Shown here: piece after piece, positions 18,045-26,729 of the stretch
Layout of the letters: each line of letters starts with the position of its first letter
How positions within the stretch are numbered: the stretch's first letter is position 1
Assembly (NCBI GenBank): GCA_964598725.1
Contig: CAZRCW010000002.1
Location: 226,282 to 290,281, forward strand
Reading direction: 5' to 3'
Length of the DNA stretch: 64,000 nucleotides
DNA from: an uncultured Gammaproteobacteria bacterium
GTDB lineage: Bacteria; Patescibacteriota; Patescibacteriia; 2-12-FULL-60-25
The notes under the pieces: generated by a model
Seen by the model: the letters and a program-made list of their open reading frames with translations, nothing else
Told to the model about the DNA's origin: nothing
Database searches by the model: none
Translations under genes and position numbers: made by a program

Positions 18045-19517
18045 TTAGCCGATTTTCGCTTCCCACGGAAACGGACGTGAATAAACTGCCTCTTGCTTGG
18101 CATAGGTCGTGAGCCAATCCACAGCCTTCGCTGTCGCCTGTACGTCCTCTTCGTTGTAGGCGATAAGCGCTTTCAAATCAGCCGGATCCTTGGCATCAAG
18201 CCAACGTTCATATACACCAACCGAATCCGCGCCGTGCGAAACCGCCCCCTCCCAACTTGCCCCGAGCAATTTTCCGATGTTTTTCAGGCTATAGATATAC
18301 AATGGGAAAACCGCATGGTCCTTTATGACCTCGTTTAGATCCACCATCGCCCCGAGAAAGCGCTTCAGCCCCGTATGCTCGCCCGTCTGATAACGCAACG
18401 CTAAGACACCCAGTCGTTCGTACTCGTACATCGAGTAATGATAGACAATGTACTTTTCTGGCAACGTCTCAGTCCAAGCCAGGAACTTTTCCCAGAGTTT
18501 TTTCTCGCTGCTTAAGCGCTTTGCCACGAACGAAACATACTTATCTTTCTTTCGACCGCTATTCCGTACCAGGCAGCCAAACAGATAATCCGTATCCGTC
18601 GGTGGATGGCTTTCGATATCAAAATGAATCTCACAGGCAACATCCGATGGCGTAAACGGGGCACGCACAATCACTACATCCTCCTTCAAACTGCGTGCTT
18701 GGCGCTGGATTGATTGAAGACTCTTCAATGTTAAGCGTGGATCGAGACCCGATAGCTGACTCGGGTCCATTTCAACCGCTTGATCGACCGTCAGAATCCC
18801 AATCTGGCGCAACGCTTCACGCTGACGACGGTTCACTTGAAACAATAAGGCGATATCCTGTGTGCGCTCTGCGAGCTCAAGACAGCACGCACCCCACGGC
18901 GATACATCAAGACAGGCTTTCCGAAGCGTTGGCTCAGGACATTCCCCTGCCTGGATCCGCTCTAATTCGCCCACAACATCTTGAACCTCAAGCTCAGCGT
19001 CCCGAGGATCGCTTAGCAATAACTCTTGATCGGGACCAAGTACATACGCCTCCGTTGGCAGTACACCTTGGATCTTGGCGAGCAAGCGTCCGTGCCAACC
19101 GAGCTGGAGATGATCTTCTTTTCGCAAAACATGTTTTCGCTTCACAACCACCGGAATATACGACCACGCACCAAAATCGCTCGGCTGTTCTTTCCGGATC
19201 AAGAGCGTCGGGTGACCACTCACTTGTTCAGATTGGAGGCAGCCTTGATAAATCGCTGACACGCCTCGTTTCATCAAACTGAGCGTCTTCTTGGCACGCT
19301 CTTCAGGTGTCGCACCTTTGACCGAAGACAGCTTCCCGTAGACCGCTTGAGCGAGCTTTTTCTCTTTCAAAAGTGTCCCTTGCATAAGCACTTCCCGCGA
19401 CTCCATCCCCTGCTTCTTGAGCTCGGGCCGTCCATACATCTCCCAGTAAATCCAATGGGGACATTGGAGATACCGGAGTAAATCGCGGTCAGACAACGTG
19501 ACTGGAGGGACGGACAT
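18045..19517 (-). CDS. RecB-family nuclease, TM0106-like (PD-(D/E)xK N-domain plus RNase-H-like C-domain)
   Basis: 490 aa. Motifs are LRYLQCPHWIYW, the PD-(D/E)xK-type run GHPTLLIRKE...YIPVVVKRKH, and in the C-terminal part HFDIESHP...YLFG...AYNEEDV. Confidence 0.6.
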   Translation of the reverse strand: MSVPPVTLSDRDLLRYLQCPHWIYWEMYGRPELKKQGMESREVLMQGTLLKEKKLAQAVYGKLSSVKGATPEERAKKTLSLMKRGVSAIYQGCLQSEQVSGHPTLLIRKEQPSDFGAWSYIPVVVKRKHVLRKEDHLQLGWHGRLLAKIQGVLPTEAYVLGPDQELLLSDPRDAELEVQDVVGELERIQAGECPEPTLRKACLDVSPWGACCLELAERTQDIALLFQVNRRQREALRQIGILTVDQAVEMDPSQLSGLDPRLTLKSLQSIQRQARSLKEDVVIVRAPFTPSDVACEIHFDIESHPPTDTDYLFGCLVRNSGRKKDKYVSFVAKRLSSEKKLWEKFLAWTETLPEKYIVYHYSMYEYERLGVLALRYQTGEHTGLKRFLGAMVDLNEVIKDHAVFPLYIYSLKNIGKLLGASWEGAVSHGADSVGVYERWLDAKDPADLKALIAYNEEDVQATAKAVDWLTTYAKQEAVYSRPFPWEAKIG

Positions 19518-19520
19518 AGA

Positions 19521-20453
19521 TTAGGCACGAACCGCCTTCACAAAGAACTCATATGTCTCCAGGAGACCATCTTCAAAGGTCGTTGCCGGAGACCACCCCA
19601 ACTCGTTACGTAACCGTGAGGCATCCAAAGAGCTCGTGCGTTGCTCGCCGAGCTTCGCTGGAGCATGCTGTTCAACGAAACGTCCGCCGAACAAGGCGTT
19701 CAATCCCTGAAATACCTGGTTAACCGTAATCTCTCGTCCCAAGCCGATGTTGTAAGTCCCGTTTGCCTGAGTCTGCTCCAACGCCAAAATATTTGCTACA
19801 GCAACATCTTTCACAAAGACAAAATCGCGTGTCTGCAGACCATCCCCATTGATCACCGGCGGAACTCCGGCCAGCATCTTATCCAAGAAAATTGCGATCA
19901 CCCCTGCCTCACCTTTCGCATTCTGTCGTGGACCGTAAACATTCCCGTAACGTAACGAGACCGTGCGCATACCGTAAGTTAGTCGATAGAAATCGAGATA
20001 TCGATCGATCGCGAGCTTCGCGATACCATACGGAGATTGAGGACGCTCCGACTGCTGCTCAGTCGTTGGACGCTGATCCGTATCTCCATAGATCGCTCCA
20101 CCGCTCGAAGAAAAAATGAAGTGCCTCACCCCCACTTTTCGTGCCGCTTCAAGCAGATTGAGTGAACCAAGAATATTCTGGCGCGCGTCTTCCGTCGGAT
20201 CTTCCACCGACTTACGCACGTCGATCTGAGCCGCTAGATGAAAAATCGCTTCGGGTCGAATTTCTTCTAAAACGCGTGTAACACCTTCCGCATCATCTAG
20301 ACTCAGCTCATACAGAGTAGCTTCCGCGGCTACGTTACTCTTTTTTCCGGTCGATAAATTATCGATCACGTAGACCCGATGTCCGCGCTCTACAAGACCC
20401 TCGCAGATATGGGAACCGATAAAACCTGCACCACCGGTAACGAGTACGTTCAT
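19521..20453 (-). CDS. galE: NAD-dependent epimerase/dehydratase (UDP-glucose 4-epimerase-like)
   Basis: The Rossmann motif is MNVLVTGGAGFIGSH and the catalytic YxxxK is SPYGIAKLA. 310 aa. Confidence 0.8.
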   Translation of the reverse strand: MNVLVTGGAGFIGSHICEGLVERGHRVYVIDNLSTGKKSNVAAEATLYELSLDDAEGVTRVLEEIRPEAIFHLAAQIDVRKSVEDPTEDARQNILGSLNLLEAARKVGVRHFIFSSSGGAIYGDTDQRPTTEQQSERPQSPYGIAKLAIDRYLDFYRLTYGMRTVSLRYGNVYGPRQNAKGEAGVIAIFLDKMLAGVPPVINGDGLQTRDFVFVKDVAVANILALEQTQANGTYNIGLGREITVNQVFQGLNALFGGRFVEQHAPAKLGEQRTSSLDASRLRNELGWSPATTFEDGLLETYEFFVKAVRA

Positions 20454-20521
20454 AAATATTTGGAGCTGTTGATTCAGTGTATACCGTCATCCTACCTTTC
20501 GGAACCCTAATTTTGGAGACC

Positions 20522-20544
20522 AAAAAAGGGCCGAAGCCCTTTTT
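20522..20544. terminator. Bidirectional terminator after rpmG
   Basis: The sequence is aaaaaaGGGCcgaaGCCCttttt. Confidence 0.8.
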
Positions 20545-20559
20545 CAACCAGAACCAAAT

Positions 20560-20715
20560 TTATTTGGTTTCTTTGTGTGCGTTGTGCGCTTTGCAGTGGG
20601 CGCAGAACTTATTCAACTCAAGACGAGCTTTGATCGTCTTCTTGTTCTTCGTGGATTGGTAGTTGACCTTCTGGCACGTGGTGCAGGCCAACTTGATCAA
20701 GTAGTCTTGGGACAT
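20560..20715 (-). CDS. rpmG: 50S ribosomal protein L33 (below the 60-aa cutoff of the ORF track)
   Basis: Hand translation of the minus strand gives MSQDYLIKLACTTCQKVNYQSTKNKKTIKARLELNKFCAHCKAHNAHKETK. It has the two CxxC pairs and the length typical of L33. Confidence 0.9.
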   Translation of the reverse strand: MSQDYLIKLACTTCQKVNYQSTKNKKTIKARLELNKFCAHCKAHNAHKETK

Positions 20716-20772
20716 ACGTTTAGGATGGGGGGAGAATACGCGTAAAACCTGCTTTTGGCAAGTTTCTCACGA

Positions 20773-20848
20773 TGGAGCCGAAGACCGGGTTTGAACCGGT
20801 GACCTACGGTTTACAAAACCGTTGCTCTACCAGCTGAGCTACTTCGGC
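20773..20848 (-). tRNA. tRNA-Thr (anticodon UGU), CCA encoded
   Basis: The reverse complement is GCCGAAGTAGCTCAGCTGGTAGAGCAACGGTTTTGTAAACCGTAGGTCACCGGTTCAAACCCGGTCTTCGGCTCCA. The cloverleaf was folded by hand. Confidence 0.9.
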
Positions 20849-20872
20849 AAGAATAAAACCTAAAGCAGGGCT

Positions 20873-20901
20873 AGAATACGGGGTTTTATTGAGGAAGTCA
20901 A
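20873..20901 (-). promoter_or_regulatory. Candidate promoter for tRNA-Thr/rpmG: TTGACT-17-TATTCT
   Basis: The minus strand reads ccgTTGACTtcctcaataaaaccccgTATTCTagc, about 25 nt upstream of the tRNA 5' end. Confidence 0.5.
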
Positions 20902-20925
20902 CGGAGCGACCGAAGCTCCGTTTTA

Positions 20926-20954
20926 TTGACTTTTTGGCTAATTTATGCTAAACT
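20926..20954 (+). promoter_or_regulatory. Sigma70-like promoter TTGACT-17-TAAACT with TGc extended -10
   Basis: It reads ttaTTGACTttttggctaatttaTGcTAAACTccc. By hand alignment, 21 of 29 positions are identical to the promoter at 11117. Confidence 0.5.
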
Positions 20955-21466
20955 CCCCTGTTCTGGACGCCTGCCTGTGGCTAAATCTTGGCCATACACA
21001 GGCGACCGGAACCGCTCTTTTACCCCACCCTCCGGACGCACGGAATCCCGTGAACGAGATTATCGACGGCCTAGTCCAGCGTTTTGCGCCTTTCATCGAG
21101 GCGCTTATCCAGCGCATTCTGCGCTTCTACAACGAGAAGCTCGTCGAGCTCACCCAGCTCTACGAAGCGCAGATCTCAAGAATCCGCCAAGAGACCGAGC
21201 ATGCCGGCGAACGGCTCGTCATGAGCGGGATCAACGCCATCGGGCACGGCTTCTGGCAGCTCGTGCTCGCCAACCTCGTGATCTCGATCATCCTCGGCAT
21301 CCTCCTCGTTGTCGCGCTCTTCTTCTACGTACGCTACAAGTGGCGGCGCTGGCGCTGGGAGCCGCGGATGCTCCAGGCAACGCTCGATCAGAACGAGCTT
21401 ATCCGAGAGAGCAACCGGCTGGCGGCAGAAGCGCTCAAGCAGCGCTCAAAGCAGCCCGAACCGTAA
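20945..21466 (+). CDS. Moderately GC-rich orphan ORF: coiled-coil protein with one TM helix (start uncertain)
   Basis: This is the maximal ORF. The ATG at 20945 lies inside the predicted promoter spacer, so the real start may be the in-frame GTG at 21050 (VNEIIDGLVQRF...). The TM helix is FWQLVLANLVISIILGILLVVALFFYV, followed by RYKWRRWRW. Confidence 0.5.
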   Translation: MLNSPVLDACLWLNLGHTQATGTALLPHPPDARNPVNEIIDGLVQRFAPFIEALIQRILRFYNEKLVELTQLYEAQISRIRQETEHAGERLVMSGINAIGHGFWQLVLANLVISIILGILLVVALFFYVRYKWRRWRWEPRMLQATLDQNELIRESNRLAAEALKQRSKQPEP

Positions 21467-21579
21467 CTCCGAACCTTCACCTCCTCGATACGCGCGGCAC
21501 TCCTCGTGCGCGTCCAGGAACCAGATCACCGATTCCCATAATCGACGATGCGGTTCCTGAAAACCAAAACTTAAAGACT

Positions 21580-22998
21580 CTATTTCAACGTTTGTAGCTT
21601 TTTCACCTCCGCCTTGAACTGATCACCTCGGACTTTATAGTTTGGGAATAATCCAAAACTTGCACAGGCTGGTGAGAGTAAAACAACATCTCCTGACTGA
21701 GCAGCCCCTTTCGCCACCTTCACGATCGATGGCATGTCTTTCAATCCCTCAATCACCGGGATGTGTTTTGCGTTTGGAAAATTCGCAAGCGCTTCCTTGA
21801 TACGCGACCACTCATCACCGATCCCAATAATGCAGCGGATATTTTTTGCGTCCTCAATCGTGTGCGCTAATTCGGTGAAATCGCTCGCTTTATGCGAACC
21901 TCCTAAAATCAACACTTTGGGAGCAGTAAAAGCTTGAATCGCAGCGACTGCCGTTTCTGGTGTAGTTGAAAATGAGTCATCGTAATATTTTACCCCGTTC
22001 ACTTCGCCAGCGAGCTCCAAGCGATGCTCAAGTCCTTGGAAGGTTGAGAGTGTCTCACGAATCACGTCGGTTGAAACGCCTGACAGAGATGCGGCTAATG
22101 AAGCAGCGCAGATATTCTCAAGATTATGCTTCCCCGGCAAAAGAACCTTATTCGTATCGATAATCTTCTCCTCTCTCCCTTTCAAGCGCAGCCAAATAGC
22201 CCTCTCTCTCACGAAACAACCATCACTTTGCTCGATGGTATTCTGGCTCACGAAATATACCCGACCCTGAGTAAATGCTTGCGAATCTGCCGTCGCCGAA
22301 TAATCACGATTAAGAATCGTGATGTCTTGCTCCGTTTGGAATCTCACAATATTTCGCTTCGCAGAAATGTAGTCTTCTAAAGAATCATGATAATTCCCCG
22401 CTCCGTTCGTGCTCGTCCCTAAATGCTCGGACGTCACCATTAGCATCACGGCGATGTGTGGACTCTTGGTAAGATCTTCAAGTTGAAAGCTGGAGAGCTC
22501 GAGGACTACTTTGGAGTCTGGCGAGAGCTGATCTAGAAACGTGAAGGGTGGTTTCCCAATGTTCCCGCCGAGATACGTGTCCTGACCGGCCGCTTTCAGC
22601 ATCCTATAAATCAATGTCGACGTCGTTCCCTTGCCTTTTGTGCCCGTAACTCCAATGATCTTCGCTACGCAGAAGTCGAAAAATAGCTGTGTTTGCGAAG
22701 TGATCACGACACCCGCTTTTTCTGCTGCCAGAATTTCAGGCAGCGAACGCCGAATGCCCGGAGTACGGATGATCACGTCCATTCCCTGCCAATGTGAAAA
22801 CGCGTCTGGTCCAAATATAAATGCAGCACCTGCCTGCTTTAGTTCTTGAATCAACTGCTGATCGATGTCTTGCGCTATTTTTTGATCAAACACGGTCACA
22901 ACAGCTCCGTACTTCAGCAAAAACCGAGCACTTGCCTCGCCCTCTACGGCCAAGCCAAACACAGCGATCTTTTTTCCTTTCAGTTGGTCTTTAGTCAT
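21580..22998 (-). CDS. murD: UDP-N-acetylmuramoylalanine--D-glutamate ligase
   Basis: KIAVFGLAVEGEASARFL is the N-terminal Rossmann-like domain and GVTGTKGKGTTSTLIYRML is the Mur ligase P-loop. The start overlaps the murI stop (ATGA). Confidence 0.9.
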   Translation of the reverse strand: MTKDQLKGKKIAVFGLAVEGEASARFLLKYGAVVTVFDQKIAQDIDQQLIQELKQAGAAFIFGPDAFSHWQGMDVIIRTPGIRRSLPEILAAEKAGVVITSQTQLFFDFCVAKIIGVTGTKGKGTTSTLIYRMLKAAGQDTYLGGNIGKPPFTFLDQLSPDSKVVLELSSFQLEDLTKSPHIAVMLMVTSEHLGTSTNGAGNYHDSLEDYISAKRNIVRFQTEQDITILNRDYSATADSQAFTQGRVYFVSQNTIEQSDGCFVRERAIWLRLKGREEKIIDTNKVLLPGKHNLENICAASLAASLSGVSTDVIRETLSTFQGLEHRLELAGEVNGVKYYDDSFSTTPETAVAAIQAFTAPKVLILGGSHKASDFTELAHTIEDAKNIRCIIGIGDEWSRIKEALANFPNAKHIPVIEGLKDMPSIVKVAKGAAQSGDVVLLSPACASFGLFPNYKVRGDQFKAEVKKLQTLK

Positions 22999-23774
22999 AA
23001 CGATTGGATATCTTGGATGGTAACAGAGTCGTCCAATGTCTGCAGCAAACGGTGCATTTGCTCACGCTCGCCACTCGTGAAAAATCGATGTTTTCCAGAT
23101 AGATCTGTAGGGATCTGCTTTTCTTCAAGCACTCGTTTCACTTGGCGTGCGATCGCTTGACCCGAATCCAAGATCCGCACCTCGGAGCCCAATAAACTTT
23201 GCATTGGTTCTTTTAAGAAAGGGAAATGCGTACAACCCAAGACCAATGTATCAACCTCTTTTTCAATAAATGGTTGTACTACTTCCTTGAGGACCTGTGT
23301 CGCCCGATCTCCTACCAGCTCTCCCTGCTCAACAAGCGGCACGAGACGATCTGTTCCCAGATTCAGTACTTCACAATCTATCGCGAACTGCTTGATCAAC
23401 GCTTGTTGATAGGCACTCTCCGCTGTCCGTGGCGTCGATAAGATCCCAATCCGCCGCTTCTTCGATTCAGCGACCGCCAGCTTGATGGCGGGAACAGTTC
23501 CAATAAATAGCATGTCGGGATATGTGACTCGTAACCGCTCAAGCGTGATAACACTGATCGTATTACAAGCGATAACGATCAATGACACGTTCTGCGTCAG
23601 TAGGAACTGAACGAGTTTTTGAGTCAGCTTCCAAATCTCCTCTTCCGTTTTCGTTCCATAGGGGCAGTTCTTGGAATCGCCGACATAGATCGTTGAGACC
23701 GTCGGTAACAACGTCACCATTTCTCCCCAAACAGTTAAGCCGCCGACGCCAGAATCAAGAATACCGATCGACAT
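22995..23774 (-). CDS. murI: Glutamate racemase
   Basis: Motifs are IGILDSGVGGLTV, IACNT and LGCTHFP. The start MSIGILDSG at 23774 is preferred over the extended ORF. Confidence 0.9.
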   Translation of the reverse strand: MSIGILDSGVGGLTVWGEMVTLLPTVSTIYVGDSKNCPYGTKTEEEIWKLTQKLVQFLLTQNVSLIVIACNTISVITLERLRVTYPDMLFIGTVPAIKLAVAESKKRRIGILSTPRTAESAYQQALIKQFAIDCEVLNLGTDRLVPLVEQGELVGDRATQVLKEVVQPFIEKEVDTLVLGCTHFPFLKEPMQSLLGSEVRILDSGQAIARQVKRVLEEKQIPTDLSGKHRFFTSGEREQMHRLLQTLDDSVTIQDIQSL

Positions 23775-23820
23775 AAGGGTTTTGTTCAGAATAATACGCC
23801 AACCAGCCCCCGACAAACGA

Positions 23821-25134
23821 TCAAACCTGTTCTACAACATCGACACCAACCGTTTTCCGGAACCCGATTCGATCCGGGGCCTCATCTCCAAGATTGAGCA
23901 TAGAAGCGAATTGAATCGATTCATCGCCGTAGCGATTCCGGATATTATCCATGGCATGCGAGACCCGTTTCCAAGGCGCGCCTGTATCGATTGAAGTTAA
24001 GAGCGATGAACCATCAAAACGCAATTGGTCACCCGGCGTGACAAGCCCCCAAAAGGTAACGGCTAGAAATGAGACCTCCTCACTCAACGACCAAATACGA
24101 TGCAGAAGCTCAGCGCCATCATGAATGAGGGTAAACGAATCATCGGACGGCTCATGGAAAACGTGATTCAGCGACTTCGTAAAACGATAAGGAAAGCCCC
24201 AGCCATGAATCTCGTCCCCATCGTCTTGCTTGCGAAGACCGACGGTGACGCTCATGCCTGAAGCGCTCTTCCCGAGCGAACGCATGCGACGAGCAGCTCT
24301 CTCCAGCAATCTCAAGAACACCGGAAAGACCAAACCCCGTTCATTCACATGCCGTGGCACGCAATACGAATGACCAACTGATTTCGCATCCGCATGTCCA
24401 TCCGTGAAATTCGCATCAACGTCCAAGCCTGAAAGAGCGGCCCACAAAAAGAACCCCGCTTTCCCGAACAAGCGTAATAGCTCAAGTGGAGGCGAACGAC
24501 GAACGTCTAAAAGTGTATACATCGCCGCCTTATTGAGACGTCGACGAAGACGAGGTCCAATACCACACAAGGCATCGACTCGGAGTCGTCCCAACGTTTC
24601 GTCTAACGTTGCTGGATCAAAGATCGTCAGTCCATTCGGCTTTTTCAGATCCGACGCCAGCTTTGCCAATCGTCGATTCGGTGCAATTCCAACCGAACAT
24701 TTTAACCACTCTCCTACTTCTTGTTGAATGCGCCATTGAACCTTCGACAATAACCAAGCCGCTTCGGCTGTATCTCGACAAAAACCCGTCAGATCCACGA
24801 ACGCTTCATCAATCGAATAGTATTCTACTTGGTCCGAAATCTGACGCAGGATCGCAAATACCCGTGAAATCACGCTGCGATATTTTGCTGGTTCATTTTG
24901 GATAAAAACGGCGTCCGGAACTTTTTCGCGCGCGTCCTCCACCCGCATCCCAACCTTCATCCCGCGCTGCTTTGCTTCAACCGAGGCCGCGATAATACAA
25001 CCTCGTTCGTGCAAGTAGGCACAGACACCCAACGGTCGGCCGCGCAGCCGCGGGTTCGCTTGCTGCTCAACGGTCGCAAAGAACGAGTTCATGTCGATGT
25101 GCGCGATGATGCGCGTGGAAGGTTTGAGATTCAT
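23821..25134 (-). CDS. dinB: DNA polymerase IV (Y-family)
   Basis: The ATG at 25134 has an AGGAGG-complement SD. Motifs are IIAHIDMNSFFATVEQ, GCIIAASVEAKQRGMKVGM and YSIDEAFVDLTG. Confidence 0.9.
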   Translation of the reverse strand: MNLKPSTRIIAHIDMNSFFATVEQQANPRLRGRPLGVCAYLHERGCIIAASVEAKQRGMKVGMRVEDAREKVPDAVFIQNEPAKYRSVISRVFAILRQISDQVEYYSIDEAFVDLTGFCRDTAEAAWLLSKVQWRIQQEVGEWLKCSVGIAPNRRLAKLASDLKKPNGLTIFDPATLDETLGRLRVDALCGIGPRLRRRLNKAAMYTLLDVRRSPPLELLRLFGKAGFFLWAALSGLDVDANFTDGHADAKSVGHSYCVPRHVNERGLVFPVFLRLLERAARRMRSLGKSASGMSVTVGLRKQDDGDEIHGWGFPYRFTKSLNHVFHEPSDDSFTLIHDGAELLHRIWSLSEEVSFLAVTFWGLVTPGDQLRFDGSSLLTSIDTGAPWKRVSHAMDNIRNRYGDESIQFASMLNLGDEAPDRIGFRKTVGVDVVEQV

Positions 25135-25225
25135 AGGAGGGACGTTCTTCAAACCCGTGGGAATCCCCGCCCGACATACCCAGGAGCTAGTCGGCGGGAT
25201 ACCCACGGCTGCAAACAACCAACCC

Positions 25226-25480
25226 TTACAACATCGGAACCTGCTCAATAAACCACGTGCCTTGAAGCGGGAAGAACACCAAACGGAAGGGGTTCCCGGA
25301 CACATCCGTCACCGAGAAAAATCGTACCTGCTCACGCCCTTCGCGACGTTCATGCCCGAGATGCACCGCCTTCACCGCATATGACCGTGTCTTCCAACGA
25401 AAACGAAGTGGCCTAATGGTTCCGCGGACGAAGACCACGATCACATCAATCGCCTCTCGTTCTTGCGTTCGCGTCTCCAT
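25226..25480 (-). CDS. Small hypothetical protein immediately upstream of dinB
   Basis: 84 aa, METRTQEREAIDVIVVFVRGTIRPLRFRWKTRSYAV...FRLVFFPLQGTWFIEQV. It is on the same strand as dinB and ends 92 nt before it. I recognise no motif. Confidence 0.45.
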   Translation of the reverse strand: METRTQEREAIDVIVVFVRGTIRPLRFRWKTRSYAVKAVHLGHERREGREQVRFFSVTDVSGNPFRLVFFPLQGTWFIEQVPML

Positions 25481-25618
25481 ATAGAACAAAAATAGAACAG
25501 ACGGAATTCTCTGTCAAGAACCGTCGATTTATTTACAAATTATGGGAAATCTGCTACTCTCCTCGGTCCCACAACAATTGGGAACACACGCTTACTATTC
25601 GCCGGCAGAAGGAGGACG

Positions 25619-25918
25619 GTGCTACAGGTAAATGAGAAGGTACTCGACGAGGTACTGAAGATCTACAAAGCTCGCCAGGGAGAAGAACATTCTCTCCCCT
25701 GGGACATGATCGTCGCCCGGGCACGCGCCGAAATCGCGTGTCTGGTCGAGGACGACGTGGAACGCATCTTGAGCCAGGAAGAGCTCCCGGAACTTCGGGC
25801 CGCTTGGCGCAAACGCGACGAACATATCGCCGCGCAGCCTCATCTGTCGCTCATTCAGCGGTTCGTCCGCAAGTACTGCCAGATTCGGCAGGACCGGATC
25901 CGCGACAGCAGAATCTGA
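25619..25918 (+). CDS. GC-rich orphan ORF, 99 aa, helical and charged
   Basis: GTG start just after GAAGGAGGA. The protein reads VLDEVLKIYKARQGEEHSLPWDMIVARARAEIACLVEDD... It is followed 7 nt later by the repeated hairpin module. Confidence 0.55.
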   Translation: MLQVNEKVLDEVLKIYKARQGEEHSLPWDMIVARARAEIACLVEDDVERILSQEELPELRAAWRKRDEHIAAQPHLSLIQRFVRKYCQIRQDRIRDSRI

Positions 25919-25924
25919 CTTACT

Positions 25925-26003
25925 TCTTCGACGCCGCCCATGGCTCCCCGGGCGGCGTCGAATTCGTTCACCACTTTCAGCTTGCATCTTATCCCTAAGC
26001 GAG
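25925..26003 (+). repeat. Hairpin module copy A (44 nt matches copy B at 43/44, plus a downstream CCTAAGCGAG box)
   Basis: TCTTCGACGCCGCCCatggctccccGGGCGGCGTCGAAtTCGTT has a 13-bp stem. ATCCCTAAGCGAG follows at 25991..26003. Confidence 0.85.
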
Positions 26004-26060
26004 TATCGTACCTGTGGGCGTTTCTTGATAAAAAATTGATCCATTCGCTGGAGAACTCCC

Positions 26061-26480
26061 ATGGGGCACAACGCGACGCCTCCTTCCATTCGGCGCTTCG
26101 TCACCTACCACCACCCTCTTCAGTGTGGCATCGATCCAACCGCATTTGACGAGGCTCTTCACTGGATCGAACACCTCGAGATGCTCGACGTGAGCAGCAA
26201 GGAGGCCTGGGAGAGGAACTACGGAACGTGGACCAATGCGGTGAGGCGAGCGATCGCTGCGATCAACGAGCACATCCGACAGCAGCTCGATCCTGAGCTG
26301 ATCCTGCAGGCGATGACGTCTCCCGCCGCAACTGCTGCGCTTAGAGTGGTTGTAGAGATGTCAGACAGCTACGCCAGTGAGGACCTGGTCATGGCCATGA
26401 TCGTACGTGCCTATTACCTCATCCTGCTGAAGAAGGCACCGGACTATCCGCCCACGAGGCGGATCTCTCGCAATCCCTGA
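26061..26480 (+). CDS. GC-rich orphan ORF, 139 aa
   Basis: The ATG is preceded by GGAGA. The protein reads MGHNATPPSIRRFVTYHHPLQCGIDPTAFDEALHWIEHLEMLD... It is followed 12 nt later by hairpin module copy B. Confidence 0.55.
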   Translation: MGHNATPPSIRRFVTYHHPLQCGIDPTAFDEALHWIEHLEMLDVSSKEAWERNYGTWTNAVRRAIAAINEHIRQQLDPELILQAMTSPAATAALRVVVEMSDSYASEDLVMAMIVRAYYLILLKKAPDYPPTRRISRNP

Positions 26481-26491
26481 TCGCACACATC

Positions 26492-26574
26492 TCTTCGACG
26501 CCGCCCATGGCTCCCCGGGCGGCGTCGAACTCGTTTTCTTGACCCGAGCGTCGTTCTCCGTCATCCTAAGCGAG
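26492..26574 (+). repeat. Hairpin module copy B
   Basis: TCTTCGACGCCGCCCatggctccccGGGCGGCGTCGAAcTCGTT, then TCATCCTAAGCGAG at 26561..26574. It ends 15 nt before tRNA-Leu. Confidence 0.85.
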
Positions 26575-26588
26575 CAAAACAATTCCTT

Positions 26589-26675
<87 letters not shown>

Positions 26676-26677
26676 AT

Positions 26678-26712
26678 AAAATAACCACCGAATTGGTGGT
26701 TATTTTGTTTTA
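26678..26712. terminator. Bidirectional terminator (tRNA-Leu and the nitroreductase gene)
   Basis: The sequence is aaATAACCACCgaatTGGTGGTTATtttgtttta. Confidence 0.8.
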
Positions 26713-26729
26713 TCTCTTTTTTTAGTTCG

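Noticed and set aside
25925-26574. Interpreting the two hairpin modules as integron attC sites (CALIN) or as a mini CRISPR array
   Set aside because: There are only two copies. I could not find GTTRRRY/RYYYAAC core sites at the module ends. There is no intI or cas gene in the window, and the units between them are ORFs rather than spacers. I keep it as an open finding, not as a call.
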